Below, in pieces: positions 17,176 through 26,524 of a stretch of DNA of 37,755 nucleotides. The translations under genes were made by a program, and so were the position numbers. Origin of the DNA: Candidatus Egerieisoma faecipullorum (GTDB lineage Bacteria; Bacillota; Clostridia; UBA1212; UBA1255); NCBI GenBank assembly GCA_018714995.1, contig DVMM01000063.1, positions 1 through 37,755 on the forward strand, given 5' to 3'. Position 1 is the stretch's first letter; the number at the start of each line of letters is the position of its first letter. The notes under the pieces were generated by a model. That model searched no databases and was not told the DNA's origin. It worked only from the letters and a program-made list of their open reading frames with translations.

Positions 17176-19704
17176 TCAGCAGCAGAAATGATGGAATCCG
17201 CACGGAACGGTTTGTATTTTTCCGTTGAAATCAACCCGGGCGGTCGCGCCGAACGGGACTGAGACATACAGCTGCGTCTTGCCGTATTGCTTCAGCCATT
17301 TTACCGTAATCGGCCCCAGAGGCGTCTCAACCTGCGCGTGCGCAGACAGCAGCTTGCTGGGGAAGTACGGCTTTACCGTAAATTCCTTCCATCCCGGCGC
17401 GTCGGGGCGGATTCCGCAGAGATAGGCGTAGAACCAGTAATCTACGGCGCCGTACATCGGATGATTATGGGAATTCATACCGGGATTTTTTTTCAGCTCG
17501 AAGCGCTCCCAGATCGTTGTCGCCTCGTTCTGGATCATGTATCCCAGGGAAGGATATTCTTCTCTTGTAATGAGTTCCCAGGCGCAGTCGATTTGTCCGT
17601 ATTCCGTCAGTACGTCGAAGAGATAACGGGTACAGAGGTTTCCCGTGGTAATCCGGTATTGATTCGCAGCAAGGTCTCGGACGAGAACATCGACTGCTTT
17701 CGCGGCGTGCGCCTCCGGAATCAGTCCGAGCCACAGGGGGAAAACCTGACAGGCCTGCGATCCGGAGGCAACCTTGCCGGACTCTGGATCGAACCATTTT
17801 TGCAGAAACGCTTCCCAGATCCGGTCGGCCAATTCGGAATAGCGCCGGCAATCGGCCTCCTTCCCGAGCATCCCTGCAAGCCGCAGGAGCAGTCGGCAAT
17901 TGTAATAGGAATATCCGGTAGACATCAGGATTCCTGGCGTTACGGCTGAATTGGCGCCGTCCTCTCCTACGCATGCGTAAGCCGGCGCCGCCCAATCGCC
18001 GTAATAGCTGTAATGAACGATATAATTTTCGCTGTGCGCAAGCAGGCAGTCCTCCCAGGCCCGGAAGCCGTCGTAGGCTTCCCTGATAATGTCGATGTTT
18101 CCGGTGTGGAGCAGCGCTTCCAGTCCTGCGATGAGAAAGGAAGAACAGACAGGATCGGCCGGCCGGGCGCCCACGACGAAGGGCGCGGTACATGTGATCG
18201 ATCCGTCCGGCTCCTGAACGTCGAGCAGATCGCGGATCACCTTGGGAAACAGCCTGCCGATATCGAACTGATACGGCGTCGACTCGAACCGGACGGTAGC
18301 GTCATTCATCCAGCCCATCCGTTCATCGCGCTGCGGACAGTCGGTCAGGATTCCGTGAAGATTTGATTTCTCACAAAACACCGCGTTCCTGTGAATCTGG
18401 TTGACGAGCGCGCTTCCGCAGGTAAAATAGCTGTGCGGCTTTTCAATATCGGTGTAAACGGAATATGCCGTCACATCCTCCGGCGTCAGCGGCTCCGCGT
18501 AACCGGTAATCCGTGCGTATCGAAAGCCGTGGTACGTAAAATCCGGTTCCCAGACGGGACGCCCCGTTTCCAAACCGGAGCAGAAATAAGTATCTGCGGC
18601 TTTGGCCTGACGGAGCGGCTCGGTGAAAAGGTCTCCGTCTTCTTTCAGAAGCTCCGCATAAGAAATCGTGATTTCCTGTCCCGGCCGTGTCCGTTCGGGC
18701 AGGCGCAGCGCGGCAAAGCCGGCCATGTTCTGGCCGAAATCCACAAGATACGTGTCCTCCCGCAGCAGCAGTACAGAAAGCGGTCGCCACGATTCTTTCC
18801 TCCGGATCGGCTCTAAAGACTGTGCGCACATTTTACCGCCCGGGGCCGCGGCCATCCGCACGGGACGCGGCGGCGAAAGCGGAATGCGCGCGTCATAGAC
18901 GCAGCCGTCGTACAGATTATTTGAAAGCAGCGGTCCGTGGGACCACTGCCAGGCCGCATCCGTCGTCATACGGCGGGACCATACGCCGGAGCATTTTACA
19001 TACAGCATGGCGGACAGCTGCGGCATGCCTTCAAAGCGCATCCTGCGCGCACCGAGATGCATTTGGATAAATGCGCTGTCCAGACGCCGCCACCCCTCTC
19101 CCACACAGACCGAAACGGTATTGCGGCCCGCCTTTAAATAAGCGGACAGCTCCGGCAGAACGGCGTAATAGCAGGTTTTCGAGTAATCGGAATATGCCGG
19201 GTCGAGCAGAGAAGCGTCAACCGCGCTCCCATTCAGAAAAACTTTATGGTAGCCAAGCCCGCAGATCAGCAGATAAGCATCCTCGGGCGCTTCGTCCAGC
19301 AGAAAATCTCTGGTAAAATATACCGCTTTTCTGGGCGCGTCCTCCGATGCGGCGATCCAATCCGCATCCCAGCGCTCAATTTGCCCGGCATAGAAGAAGT
19401 CCTCCGCGGGCAGGCTTTCCCGGCCCGTCTGATCTTTGATGCGAAGCTTGATGCAGATCCGTTCGCCGACGGGAAGCGGCGGGCCGGCATAGCGGGCGGA
19501 CTGCTCGGAAGAGACGGTCCAGCCCGAATTCCAAAGCAGCCGGTCTCCTGCGGAAACCTGGATCTGGTAAGCGCTTTGCGATTTGGCGATTTTATCCGGT
19601 AAAACGGCCCAGCCGATCAGCGGCGCCGCGGAGGCAGAGATCCGCATCCGGGCGTCGCCCCGGAGCGCACCGCAGTCTATTCTGATTCCGTATGGTCTGA
19701 ACAT
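17176..19704 (-). CDS. Alpha-L-rhamnosidase, glycoside hydrolase family 78 (no signal peptide)
   Basis: 842 aa; DCPQRDERMGWMNDA is the GH78 signature region. GGAGG RBS. The start lies 14 nt after the stop of the upstream gene. Confidence 0.85.
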   Translation of the reverse strand: MFRPYGIRIDCGALRGDARMRISASAAPLIGWAVLPDKIAKSQSAYQIQVSAGDRLLWNSGWTVSSEQSARYAGPPLPVGERICIKLRIKDQTGRESLPAEDFFYAGQIERWDADWIAASEDAPRKAVYFTRDFLLDEAPEDAYLLICGLGYHKVFLNGSAVDASLLDPAYSDYSKTCYYAVLPELSAYLKAGRNTVSVCVGEGWRRLDSAFIQMHLGARRMRFEGMPQLSAMLYVKCSGVWSRRMTTDAAWQWSHGPLLSNNLYDGCVYDARIPLSPPRPVRMAAAPGGKMCAQSLEPIRRKESWRPLSVLLLREDTYLVDFGQNMAGFAALRLPERTRPGQEITISYAELLKEDGDLFTEPLRQAKAADTYFCSGLETGRPVWEPDFTYHGFRYARITGYAEPLTPEDVTAYSVYTDIEKPHSYFTCGSALVNQIHRNAVFCEKSNLHGILTDCPQRDERMGWMNDATVRFESTPYQFDIGRLFPKVIRDLLDVQEPDGSITCTAPFVVGARPADPVCSSFLIAGLEALLHTGNIDIIREAYDGFRAWEDCLLAHSENYIVHYSYYGDWAAPAYACVGEDGANSAVTPGILMSTGYSYYNCRLLLRLAGMLGKEADCRRYSELADRIWEAFLQKWFDPESGKVASGSQACQVFPLWLGLIPEAHAAKAVDVLVRDLAANQYRITTGNLCTRYLFDVLTEYGQIDCAWELITREEYPSLGYMIQNEATTIWERFELKKNPGMNSHNHPMYGAVDYWFYAYLCGIRPDAPGWKEFTVKPYFPSKLLSAHAQVETPLGPITVKWLKQYGKTQLYVSVPFGATARVDFNGKIQTVPCGFHHFCC

Positions 19705-19717
19705 CTGCGGACCTCCT

Positions 19718-20701
19718 TTACGGCTCGAGCCACCCGAACATCAGACGGCGGAGGAGCTCGTTGGAGGCGACGGCATCGTTACGGTCCAGGATTTCCTGCA
19801 TTTGCTGCGAATCGATTCTTTCTGTAATTTTTTCAAATGTCTGCATCCATTTTACGGTCTGTGCAACGGCGTCGCGGCTGTTTTCCCGGTACGGATACTG
19901 ATCGGTCGAAATGTATCCGCTGTATCCGAGCTTTCGGAGCCAGTAAAACAGTTCAATAAACTCTATCGTATGAACGGAGCCTGCGATCATATCGTCGTCC
20001 CAAAGCCTCCAGTTGTCGTTCATATGGAAATGGAACAGCCTGCCGCGCGACATCGCGGCACAGGCGGCCTCCGAAACGTTTTCGTATGCCTCCAGAGAAT
20101 GGCCGACGTCGATCGTTACGCCCATGTTCTTCGCGCCGGATTCGGCGATGAGCGTAAGCGCTGCCCATACGTTTGGCAGGAAACAATGATTCCGCGGTTC
20201 CTTCGGCTTGTATTCCAGTGAAATTTTTTGGTCCGGTATGCGCGCGCAGCATTCTCCGAGTCCGTCCGCCAGCCATCTTGCGGCGTCGGTGTAATCAGCC
20301 TGCAGCGGATAGTCGTATCCGTCCTGACCGTTCCACAGGCTGAGCATCGGGCAGCCGATTTCCCGCGCAAGCTCCGCCATCCTTACCGTTTCTTCCACAG
20401 CCGCCTTCCGAACCTTTGCGTCCGGAGCCGTAAACGCGCCTTTAGACCAGATCGGCGTTCCGAAGTGATCTGGAATAATGGCCACGGCTCGGAAGCCGTA
20501 CTGCTTTTGCAGCTCGGCGATCTGATGAACCGTTTTATCGGACAAATGCCAATTTCCGATGTATTCTATGCCTGTCACTCCGGGAATCGAAGCGACGCGT
20601 TCAAAGAGCTCCGGGAGCTCAAACGGCCTGCCGTAGCCGCAGGTCATGTACCGGTCGGAGCATTGCCCGACATTTCCTAAAATGACCGAATACTGAAACA
20701 T
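19718..20701 (-). CDS. Sugar phosphate isomerase/epimerase (xylose-isomerase-like TIM barrel)
   Basis: I place the start at ATG 20701, preceded by AGGAGGG. The 398-aa track ORF merely extends upstream with no stop. Metal-site-like motifs: TIDVGH, FHFHMNDN. Confidence 0.7.
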   Translation of the reverse strand: MFQYSVILGNVGQCSDRYMTCGYGRPFELPELFERVASIPGVTGIEYIGNWHLSDKTVHQIAELQKQYGFRAVAIIPDHFGTPIWSKGAFTAPDAKVRKAAVEETVRMAELAREIGCPMLSLWNGQDGYDYPLQADYTDAARWLADGLGECCARIPDQKISLEYKPKEPRNHCFLPNVWAALTLIAESGAKNMGVTIDVGHSLEAYENVSEAACAAMSRGRLFHFHMNDNWRLWDDDMIAGSVHTIEFIELFYWLRKLGYSGYISTDQYPYRENSRDAVAQTVKWMQTFEKITERIDSQQMQEILDRNDAVASNELLRRLMFGWLEP

Positions 20702-20841
20702 AAATTCCCTCCTGCAAAATGAGTCGATCCGCGGCGCTTTTCCTTCCTCTTTCCTGCTCCGGCCAGAAGCGGAAAAAAGAACCGTACACCGCATCCGCAT
20801 ATTTTTAACGATTTCATCCGGTGTCATCATATCGTATTCCG

Positions 20842-20865
20842 GCAAATTCTGCAATGCAGATTTGC
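20842..20865. promoter_or_regulatory. Imperfect 24-bp palindrome upstream of the isomerase-rhamnosidase operon (candidate operator)
   Basis: GCAAATTCTGCA-a-TGCAGATTTGC; the arms match except for one extra T. It lies about 140-165 nt upstream of ATG 20701. Confidence 0.3.
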
Positions 20866-21023
20866 AAGGTTTTATGAAAATCTGCCGACCGTCTGTTGAC
20901 TGGTTTTTCACCATAAATCATATACGGTGAGGCTCTGCTTCGCTCGTATCTTGCAAGCATCCCCGGCTGCCCAATTTCTGCAGCAATCGGGAAACTGTGA
21001 ATATATTTTGGATGGATCACATA

Positions 21024-21300
21024 ATGGAAAAGTACATTTATAACGAGCAAAACGGTCTGCGGCATGCGCTGTGGGGCGACTATTACATTTCTTGCTTGAA
21101 TTACCCGCCGAAAAAGAGGCAAGGCATATCAGCGCATGGGACAGCGGCATTTGCGGTATCGCTTCAATGCTTTCTCGTTTATCGCAGTAAGCTGATCGCA
21201 CATGGCAGATACACGGATGCTGCAGGCGGGGGTTATGATAAATTTTGCAGAATGAGCCTGCAACGCTTTCAACTGCAGCATACAAGGTTTATATATGCCC
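21024..21300 (+). pseudogene. Frameshifted relic of a TnpV-like transposon-encoded protein
   Basis: MEKYIYNEQNGLRHALWGDYYISCLNYPPKKRQ resembles the N-termini of TnpV-type proteins as I remember them. The expected continuation appears in other frames (..GQRHLRY.., then SKLIAH.. / HMAD..MLQAG..INFAE). At least two frameshifts separate the pieces. Confidence 0.35.
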
Positions 21301-21410
21301 CTTATATACTGCGCTCTTAAACTACCATTATTATGGGGCGTTTTCCCGAAAAATCGTTGCAGCTTTGCATTTTTGCTGAAACAGTATTTTCGTCTTTCAC
21401 AGCAGGGCTC

Positions 21411-21439
21411 TTTGCTTTTCAGGATCGGCATGATATAAT
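21411..21439 (+). promoter_or_regulatory. Candidate sigma-A promoter (TTGCTT-17-TGaTATAAT) upstream of the lipoprotein gene
   Basis: TTGCTT at 21411-21416, a 17-nt spacer, and TATAAT at 21434-21439 with an extended TG. This leaves a leader of about 150 nt. Confidence 0.4.
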
Positions 21440-21590
21440 GATCAAGCTAAACGACGCTGTATGCTGTATAAGGAAAGGCTTTATTACGAGGGGATTCTTT
21501 CCTTTTCTGTCTAGGCTTTGCTTGGCAATAACCCGAGTTTGCGTTTTGTGTACTTCGGATACGCATATTCTTTATTAGGAGGTATCTGCG

Positions 21591-22910
21591 GTGAGAAAAC
21601 TCTTGCATTATTTGATACTGATAACGATATTATCCGGAATATTGCTCGCCGGTTGTAATCAGGAACCCGCTCAAGAGACAACAGGCGATATGGAGAATAA
21701 CGGGCCGTATGCGGATATTGAAGACGGTTTAGTCGGAGAAACGAAGGCGCTTGCGCAACAAATGGCTGAATTTGCCGAGAGTGAAGAAATTATGCTATAT
21801 ACAACCGATGCCGACATTGCTGAAAACATCTCTGCATTTGCTTCTGCGGTACTTCAATGCAATGAGCCGCTCAGTGCGACAAGATATATTGTTGACAGAA
21901 ACAGTATCAGCCAAAACCCATCCGGCGGAGCGATGTCGCATGAGGAAATTCTTTCGTACTGCGCCCAGTTATATCCTTCTATGATTAACCAGCGCAGTAG
22001 CGTTGCCGCTATGACCGCAGCATCTATACTCAATATAGAAACGGCATATCCATTGCCCGCAGATTTTACTGGTATTCAAATCATTGAATTACGCTACACG
22101 CCAGATGTTGGAGTTTTTGCCGTTTATACGGAAACCGAAAACGGAACCGTGCAATGCGAGGTGTCGCCCTTGCTGGGAAAAATTGAAGAGAATGATAGCT
22201 TTGTTAATATTGCTTCATCCGGGAACATTGGAATATCATTTCAAAGCGATGTATCGAACTGCGATCCTACAGTATCCTGCTCAATACTTGAATGCGAAAG
22301 GAACCGTGATGCCAATATCTTTTCTTCGGAAAATCCGGAGGTTGCTATTGCGCAGGCTACCGTCCGTCTGGTTGGTAAACGTGCAAGCATCGCTTCTTTA
22401 GGAATAATAGATGGCTTGGAAGCATTATCCGAATATTGTCTTTCCTGCCAATACACGAATAATGCTCCGACAAGTGCTATAATATATCCTACTGATAATT
22501 TGCATGAGCTTTATGGTCTTGACAAAAGTTTAGTGGACGATAATACGCCTTTCAAGGAAAACCTTGTACTGATTTGCCCCCATTATTTATGCGGACGCTT
22601 TGGAAACGTAGAAATGCTGGCATCGCAATCTATAATGGGAGTAACCACTTCATTTCAAACGGACAGAAGCATCGAGTCCGCTGTTGTTTGGCTGATATAT
22701 GAAGATGAGAATGATATTTCTGCCGGTATGGTATCAATTCTTCCCGTCTCAAGTGATTGTGTGCTGGTACATGCTGCTCCGCTATGGAATTTGCCGGTAG
22801 CAGCTGAGGTCCTTGCTTTTTACGAAACAGGAGAACCGATTAACAAGTATTACAAAGCGATGAACAATTGGCTCGCAAGTGGGGAATATGTTGAAATCCA
22901 ACAAAAATAA
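21591..22910 (+). CDS. Orphan lipoprotein, no recognisable domain, apparent two-fold internal repeat
   Basis: AGGAGG lies 8 nt before the GTG start. Lipobox ILLAG|C. The gene is AT-rich relative to its neighbours. Confidence 0.7.
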   Translation: MRKLLHYLILITILSGILLAGCNQEPAQETTGDMENNGPYADIEDGLVGETKALAQQMAEFAESEEIMLYTTDADIAENISAFASAVLQCNEPLSATRYIVDRNSISQNPSGGAMSHEEILSYCAQLYPSMINQRSSVAAMTAASILNIETAYPLPADFTGIQIIELRYTPDVGVFAVYTETENGTVQCEVSPLLGKIEENDSFVNIASSGNIGISFQSDVSNCDPTVSCSILECERNRDANIFSSENPEVAIAQATVRLVGKRASIASLGIIDGLEALSEYCLSCQYTNNAPTSAIIYPTDNLHELYGLDKSLVDDNTPFKENLVLICPHYLCGRFGNVEMLASQSIMGVTTSFQTDRSIESAVVWLIYEDENDISAGMVSILPVSSDCVLVHAAPLWNLPVAAEVLAFYETGEPINKYYKAMNNWLASGEYVEIQQK

Positions 22911-23361
22911 TGTAACGCAGCCGATGCTGCAGTCAGGCCCTTTGTAACAGTATGGCCGAAAAATTTTGTCACGCGCTCTGAGCCTGATAAGGCGTTTGAT
23001 CCCTGCCGAAACGATGAGGACGCACGTGATTCTACGCGACAGATGCAAATTCTTTTGCAGCCTGATAGAGTGCGTCTTTCTTCAGGGCATTGATTATCGT
23101 TCCGTTGGCGCGCCGCCATATGGGCCCGGCATTCTTCATGCGGCTGGCTGCACCACTTTGAAATACCGGCTTTTGAGACGGCGGCACTTTTGTAAGCGCC
23201 CCTCTTCCTTAGGAAGACGGACAAGCTTCTTTTTTACTCCGGCGTGTGATTCTGAGGTATCTTATTAGCCGCTTTCGTATAGCGCTTCAATCTACGCTCG
23301 TTCCACAAGAGCAGCGAAGAGGACTGCGCCGCGGGGCTACTGGACAAGGCGGTCTGCGGAG

Positions 23362-23396
23362 AATAAAAAGCTGCCCTTGCTTCGGCTCGTAAGGGC
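23362..23396 (-). terminator. Intrinsic terminator downstream of ypeB (minus strand)
   Basis: The stem TGCCCTT/AAGGGCA (23371-23377 / 23390-23396) is followed on the minus strand by GCTTTTTATT. Confidence 0.45.
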
Positions 23397-23529
23397 AAAA
23401 ACAAGGGCAAACAAATAAGGCTTGAACTGAAAACAGGTGTGAGGCCTTGAAAAACAATGACTTTTAAGGATTGGATTTACGGTGCTTTTATTTCCTGTTT
23501 TCCTTGATTGCCGCTGATGCGGCTGTGCG

Positions 23530-24918
23530 TTAAACGGTAAGAATTCCGTTTTCGCTTTCAAGAATCAGCAGTACGTCGCTCTCTACGCCTGTATCCGCGT
23601 CGATATAGACGAGAACAGGGTGTCCAAGCGCAGTACACTTAAATTCATACGCGTGATATTCTCCGCCGTACTCGTTCGGGACAACGACCTCCCGCATCGA
23701 TTCCACAGTCAGATTAGGACTCAGCACGGCTCTGGCATCTGCCGCCGAGATGGAGGCCGGCTTGACGCGTCCTGCCTCTGTACTGTGGCAGGCAAGATAG
23801 CCGTGTCCCTCAAAGCCCACGGGCGAGCCGTTGTCCAGCGCGATTTTAACCTTTACCATGTCCGGATAATATAAAATGCCGTCCTTTTCATACGAATAAT
23901 TTACGGTAATATAGCCGTTTTCAATCGTATAATAAGAAGGCGTCATCGAATCCAGACCGATCGACTGAAGAAAGCTTCTGCCCGCTTCGATGCCCTGCTC
24001 CGCAGAAAGATTTGCGCTTTCGCTTGGACGCGATATGATCAGGGAATAGAGCAGGCCGCCGGTTTTTGTAACATCAAGATGCGCGCTGGCGTTTCCATAG
24101 CTGAGCGTAAAGCAGAACGTATCGATGTTATGGTATGAGTTTTCGCCGCAGTCCTGCGATCCCACCTCGCTTGCCTGGCAGCCGCAGATCTGCGCAAACA
24201 GCTGCACCGCTTTTTCCCGGCACGCTTCCAGGCTCAGCGGCGTTCCCGTAAGGCCTTTCGGCTCGATGCTTGTCATATGCTCCGAAAACGGGCCATCGTA
24301 AATCAGCGTAGGATATTCGGAAAACGGGTCGCTGAGCTTGCTGAGCGTGGAATATTTCGACTGCAGCGAGCTGTTGTCGAGTATTTTACTGCTGTCGGCG
24401 GAAATATTTGCCCAGGAATATGATTTCTGCGACAAATCGTCTGCAAGCGTGTATAAGCCGCCGGAAAGATCCTGTGCGTAGCCGTACAGATCTGCAAGCG
24501 TTTCATATTCATCGGCATTCAGCGCGCCGCCGTTTACGGCTCTGCGGCTCCAGGTTTTGGCGATATCCCCGAGCTGCACGAGATAACCGGAAATTTTTCC
24601 TACGAGACGCTGGTCGATCGGAAGGGACGCAAGACACGACTCCGCCTGTGCGGAACACTTGGATGCTTCCTCCAGCATTGCAGACATCGTCCCGGGTGTG
24701 CTCGTAGACAAGGCCTTCAGCAGATAGTTTTCTGCGGAACTGACATAATCTGCCAGATCCGTAAACGTGCGGTGATACTGGTTCTCCAGCACACGCTCCG
24801 CCCGCTCGGCTCTGATGTTATTATAAACGCCGTATACCGCAAGACCGATTAATGTAAAACAAATCAGTACGGTCGCTACGATATGACTGACAGATATATT
24901 TTTATTAGACTTTTCCAT
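23530..24918 (-). CDS. ypeB: Spore germination protein YpeB (PepSY-domain membrane protein)
   Basis: N-terminal TM segment, then the characteristic ERVLENQYHRTFTDLADYVSSAENYLLKA region. C-terminal PepSY-like repeats. Confidence 0.8.
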   Translation of the reverse strand: MEKSNKNISVSHIVATVLICFTLIGLAVYGVYNNIRAERAERVLENQYHRTFTDLADYVSSAENYLLKALSTSTPGTMSAMLEEASKCSAQAESCLASLPIDQRLVGKISGYLVQLGDIAKTWSRRAVNGGALNADEYETLADLYGYAQDLSGGLYTLADDLSQKSYSWANISADSSKILDNSSLQSKYSTLSKLSDPFSEYPTLIYDGPFSEHMTSIEPKGLTGTPLSLEACREKAVQLFAQICGCQASEVGSQDCGENSYHNIDTFCFTLSYGNASAHLDVTKTGGLLYSLIISRPSESANLSAEQGIEAGRSFLQSIGLDSMTPSYYTIENGYITVNYSYEKDGILYYPDMVKVKIALDNGSPVGFEGHGYLACHSTEAGRVKPASISAADARAVLSPNLTVESMREVVVPNEYGGEYHAYEFKCTALGHPVLVYIDADTGVESDVLLILESENGILTV

Positions 24919-24966
24919 ATCAGTAAAATCCTTTCAAAAATTTTTACGCGTTTATTCTGCGCCAAA

Positions 24967-24995
24967 TTGACAATTAATATGTATGAAGCTATAAT
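24967..24995 (+). promoter_or_regulatory. Consensus sigma-A promoter (TTGACA-17-TATAAT) for the GDPD gene
   Basis: TTGACA at 24967-24972, a 17-nt spacer, and TATAAT at 24990-24995. Confidence 0.6.
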
Positions 24996-25026
24996 ACGAA
25001 AATAAAAACAAAGGAGATGCAGTTTT

Positions 25027-25776
25027 ATGAAAATAAATGTGCAGGCACACAGAGGCGCCTCGGCTTACGCACCGGAAAATACCGCTCCTGCGTTCCGGCT
25101 GGCCGTTTCCATGGGAGCGGACGGAGTAGAAAACGACATCCGCCTTACGAAAGACGGCGTATACGTTCTGAGTCATGATTCCAACATCAACCGGATGTCG
25201 GATGGAAAGGGCGAGGTCGGCGAAATGACGTATGAGGAGCTTTTGCAGTACGATTTCGGCGTCCGCACGAACGCCAAGTTCAAGGGGACAAAAATCGCAA
25301 CGCTTAAAGAGTTCCTGGAAATTGTCAAGGACATGCGCGTCATTAATATCGAGCTTAAGCCGTTTGCGCCGCATGAGGACAAAAATTATGCGTTCAAATA
25401 CCTGCACGATGCGCTGCTTCAATTCGGCTGTACGGAGCGCACGATCATATCCAGCTTCGACCATCAGGCGCTCAAGGAGCTCAAAGCGGCATATCCCGAT
25501 CTCAGGACGGCGCTTTTATATGGGCACGGCATGTCGCCGGAAGAAACGATTTCCTTCGTACGGAGCTATAACGCGGACATTATCCATCCGCAGCTCGGAG
25601 CGGTCAATGAGAAGATTATGGAAGCGTGCAGGAAAAACGGAATCGAGGTAAACGTCTGGACGGTAGATTCCAACCATGATATCAAGCGCGCGATGGAGCT
25701 GGGCGTCACGGGAATCATTACGAACGTGCCCGATAAGGTATTGAATGTGCTGCGCGAAAACGGACTGCATGACTGA
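25027..25776 (+). CDS. Glycerophosphodiester phosphodiesterase
   Basis: HRGASAYAPENT and the E.D..LTKDG motifs of the GDPD family. AAGGAG RBS. Confidence 0.85.
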   Translation: MKINVQAHRGASAYAPENTAPAFRLAVSMGADGVENDIRLTKDGVYVLSHDSNINRMSDGKGEVGEMTYEELLQYDFGVRTNAKFKGTKIATLKEFLEIVKDMRVINIELKPFAPHEDKNYAFKYLHDALLQFGCTERTIISSFDHQALKELKAAYPDLRTALLYGHGMSPEETISFVRSYNADIIHPQLGAVNEKIMEACRKNGIEVNVWTVDSNHDIKRAMELGVTGIITNVPDKVLNVLRENGLHD

Positions 25777-25777
25777 C

Positions 25778-26524
25778 ATGGAGAAGCCGAGCCCTGACAG
25801 AAAACCCATCGTCGGTCTTTTGCCGTCGGTAGACGACATGACCGGCGCGACAAAGCTGTCCGCCGCTTATACAAAAGCGGTGCTTGCGCATGGCGGCGTG
25901 CCTTTTCTCTTTTCTTTTTTGCAGGAGGAGCCGGATATGCGGCAGCTTGCGCAGCAGTGCGACGCGTTCCTGTTTACGGGCGGAATCGATCCCGATCCCG
26001 CCTTATACGGGGAGGAAAAGCTGAACGATACCGTAGAGATCAGCGATTGCCGGGACCGGCTGGAGTTTCCGCTTCTGAAAATGGCTCTGGAGCTTGACCG
26101 CCCTGTGCTGGGGATCTGCCGCGGCATACAGGTTTTAAATGTAGCGCTTGGCGGTTCGCTTTATCAGGATCTGCCCGCGCAGCTGCCGGACGATCCTGTC
26201 TGCCATAGACAGAAAGCGGGATATCCGCAGGACGGCCATTTTGTGCAGATCGTGGAAAATACGCCTCTGCGAAAAATATTCGGAGAAGCGCGCGCCTTTG
26301 TCAATACGTACCACCATCAGGCAATCAAGACGCTTGCGCCCGGGCTTCTTACCATGGCTTCCGCAGACGACGGCATTGTCGAGGCGGTCTGCATGAAAGA
26401 AAGACCGTACGTTTTCGGCGTGCAGTGGCATCCGGAGCTGATTTACGGCGAAAGCAAAGGCTGCGATGCGATTTTTTCCTATTTTATCGCCTGCGCCAGG
26501 CAAAAAGAATCCGGGAACGGCTGA
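25778..26524 (+). CDS. Gamma-glutamyl-gamma-aminobutyrate hydrolase family protein (peptidase C26, class I glutamine amidotransferase fold)
   Basis: GICRGIQVLNVALGGSLYQDL (nucleophile Cys), YHHQAI and QWHPE. I chose the ATG at 25778, immediately after the GDPD stop; ATG 25769 or the track start 25745 are possible. Confidence 0.8.
   Translation: MEKPSPDRKPIVGLLPSVDDMTGATKLSAAYTKAVLAHGGVPFLFSFLQEEPDMRQLAQQCDAFLFTGGIDPDPALYGEEKLNDTVEISDCRDRLEFPLLKMALELDRPVLGICRGIQVLNVALGGSLYQDLPAQLPDDPVCHRQKAGYPQDGHFVQIVENTPLRKIFGEARAFVNTYHHQAIKTLAPGLLTMASADDGIVEAVCMKERPYVFGVQWHPELIYGESKGCDAIFSYFIACARQKESGNG

Noticed and set aside
20702-20914. Upstream extensions of track ORFs: the isomerase to 20914, pnp to 14932, CorA to 35812, dpaA to 28087 and the C26 hydrolase to 25745
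   Set aside because: In each case an internal ATG with a proper Shine-Dalgarno sequence matches the family N-terminus. The extension either lacks an RBS or overlaps a terminator or leader.
22911-23340. Faint HTH-like strings on the minus strand (LRKRGAYKSAAVSKAGIS..; ..PIWRRANGTIINALKKDALYQAAKEF) and the 124-aa and 100-aa ORFs here
   Set aside because: The strings fall in different frames and are interrupted by stops. The 124-aa ORF needs a TTG start, is Cys/Arg-rich and overlaps the lipoprotein gene. At best this is decayed remnants, which I fold into the islet finding rather than calling a gene.
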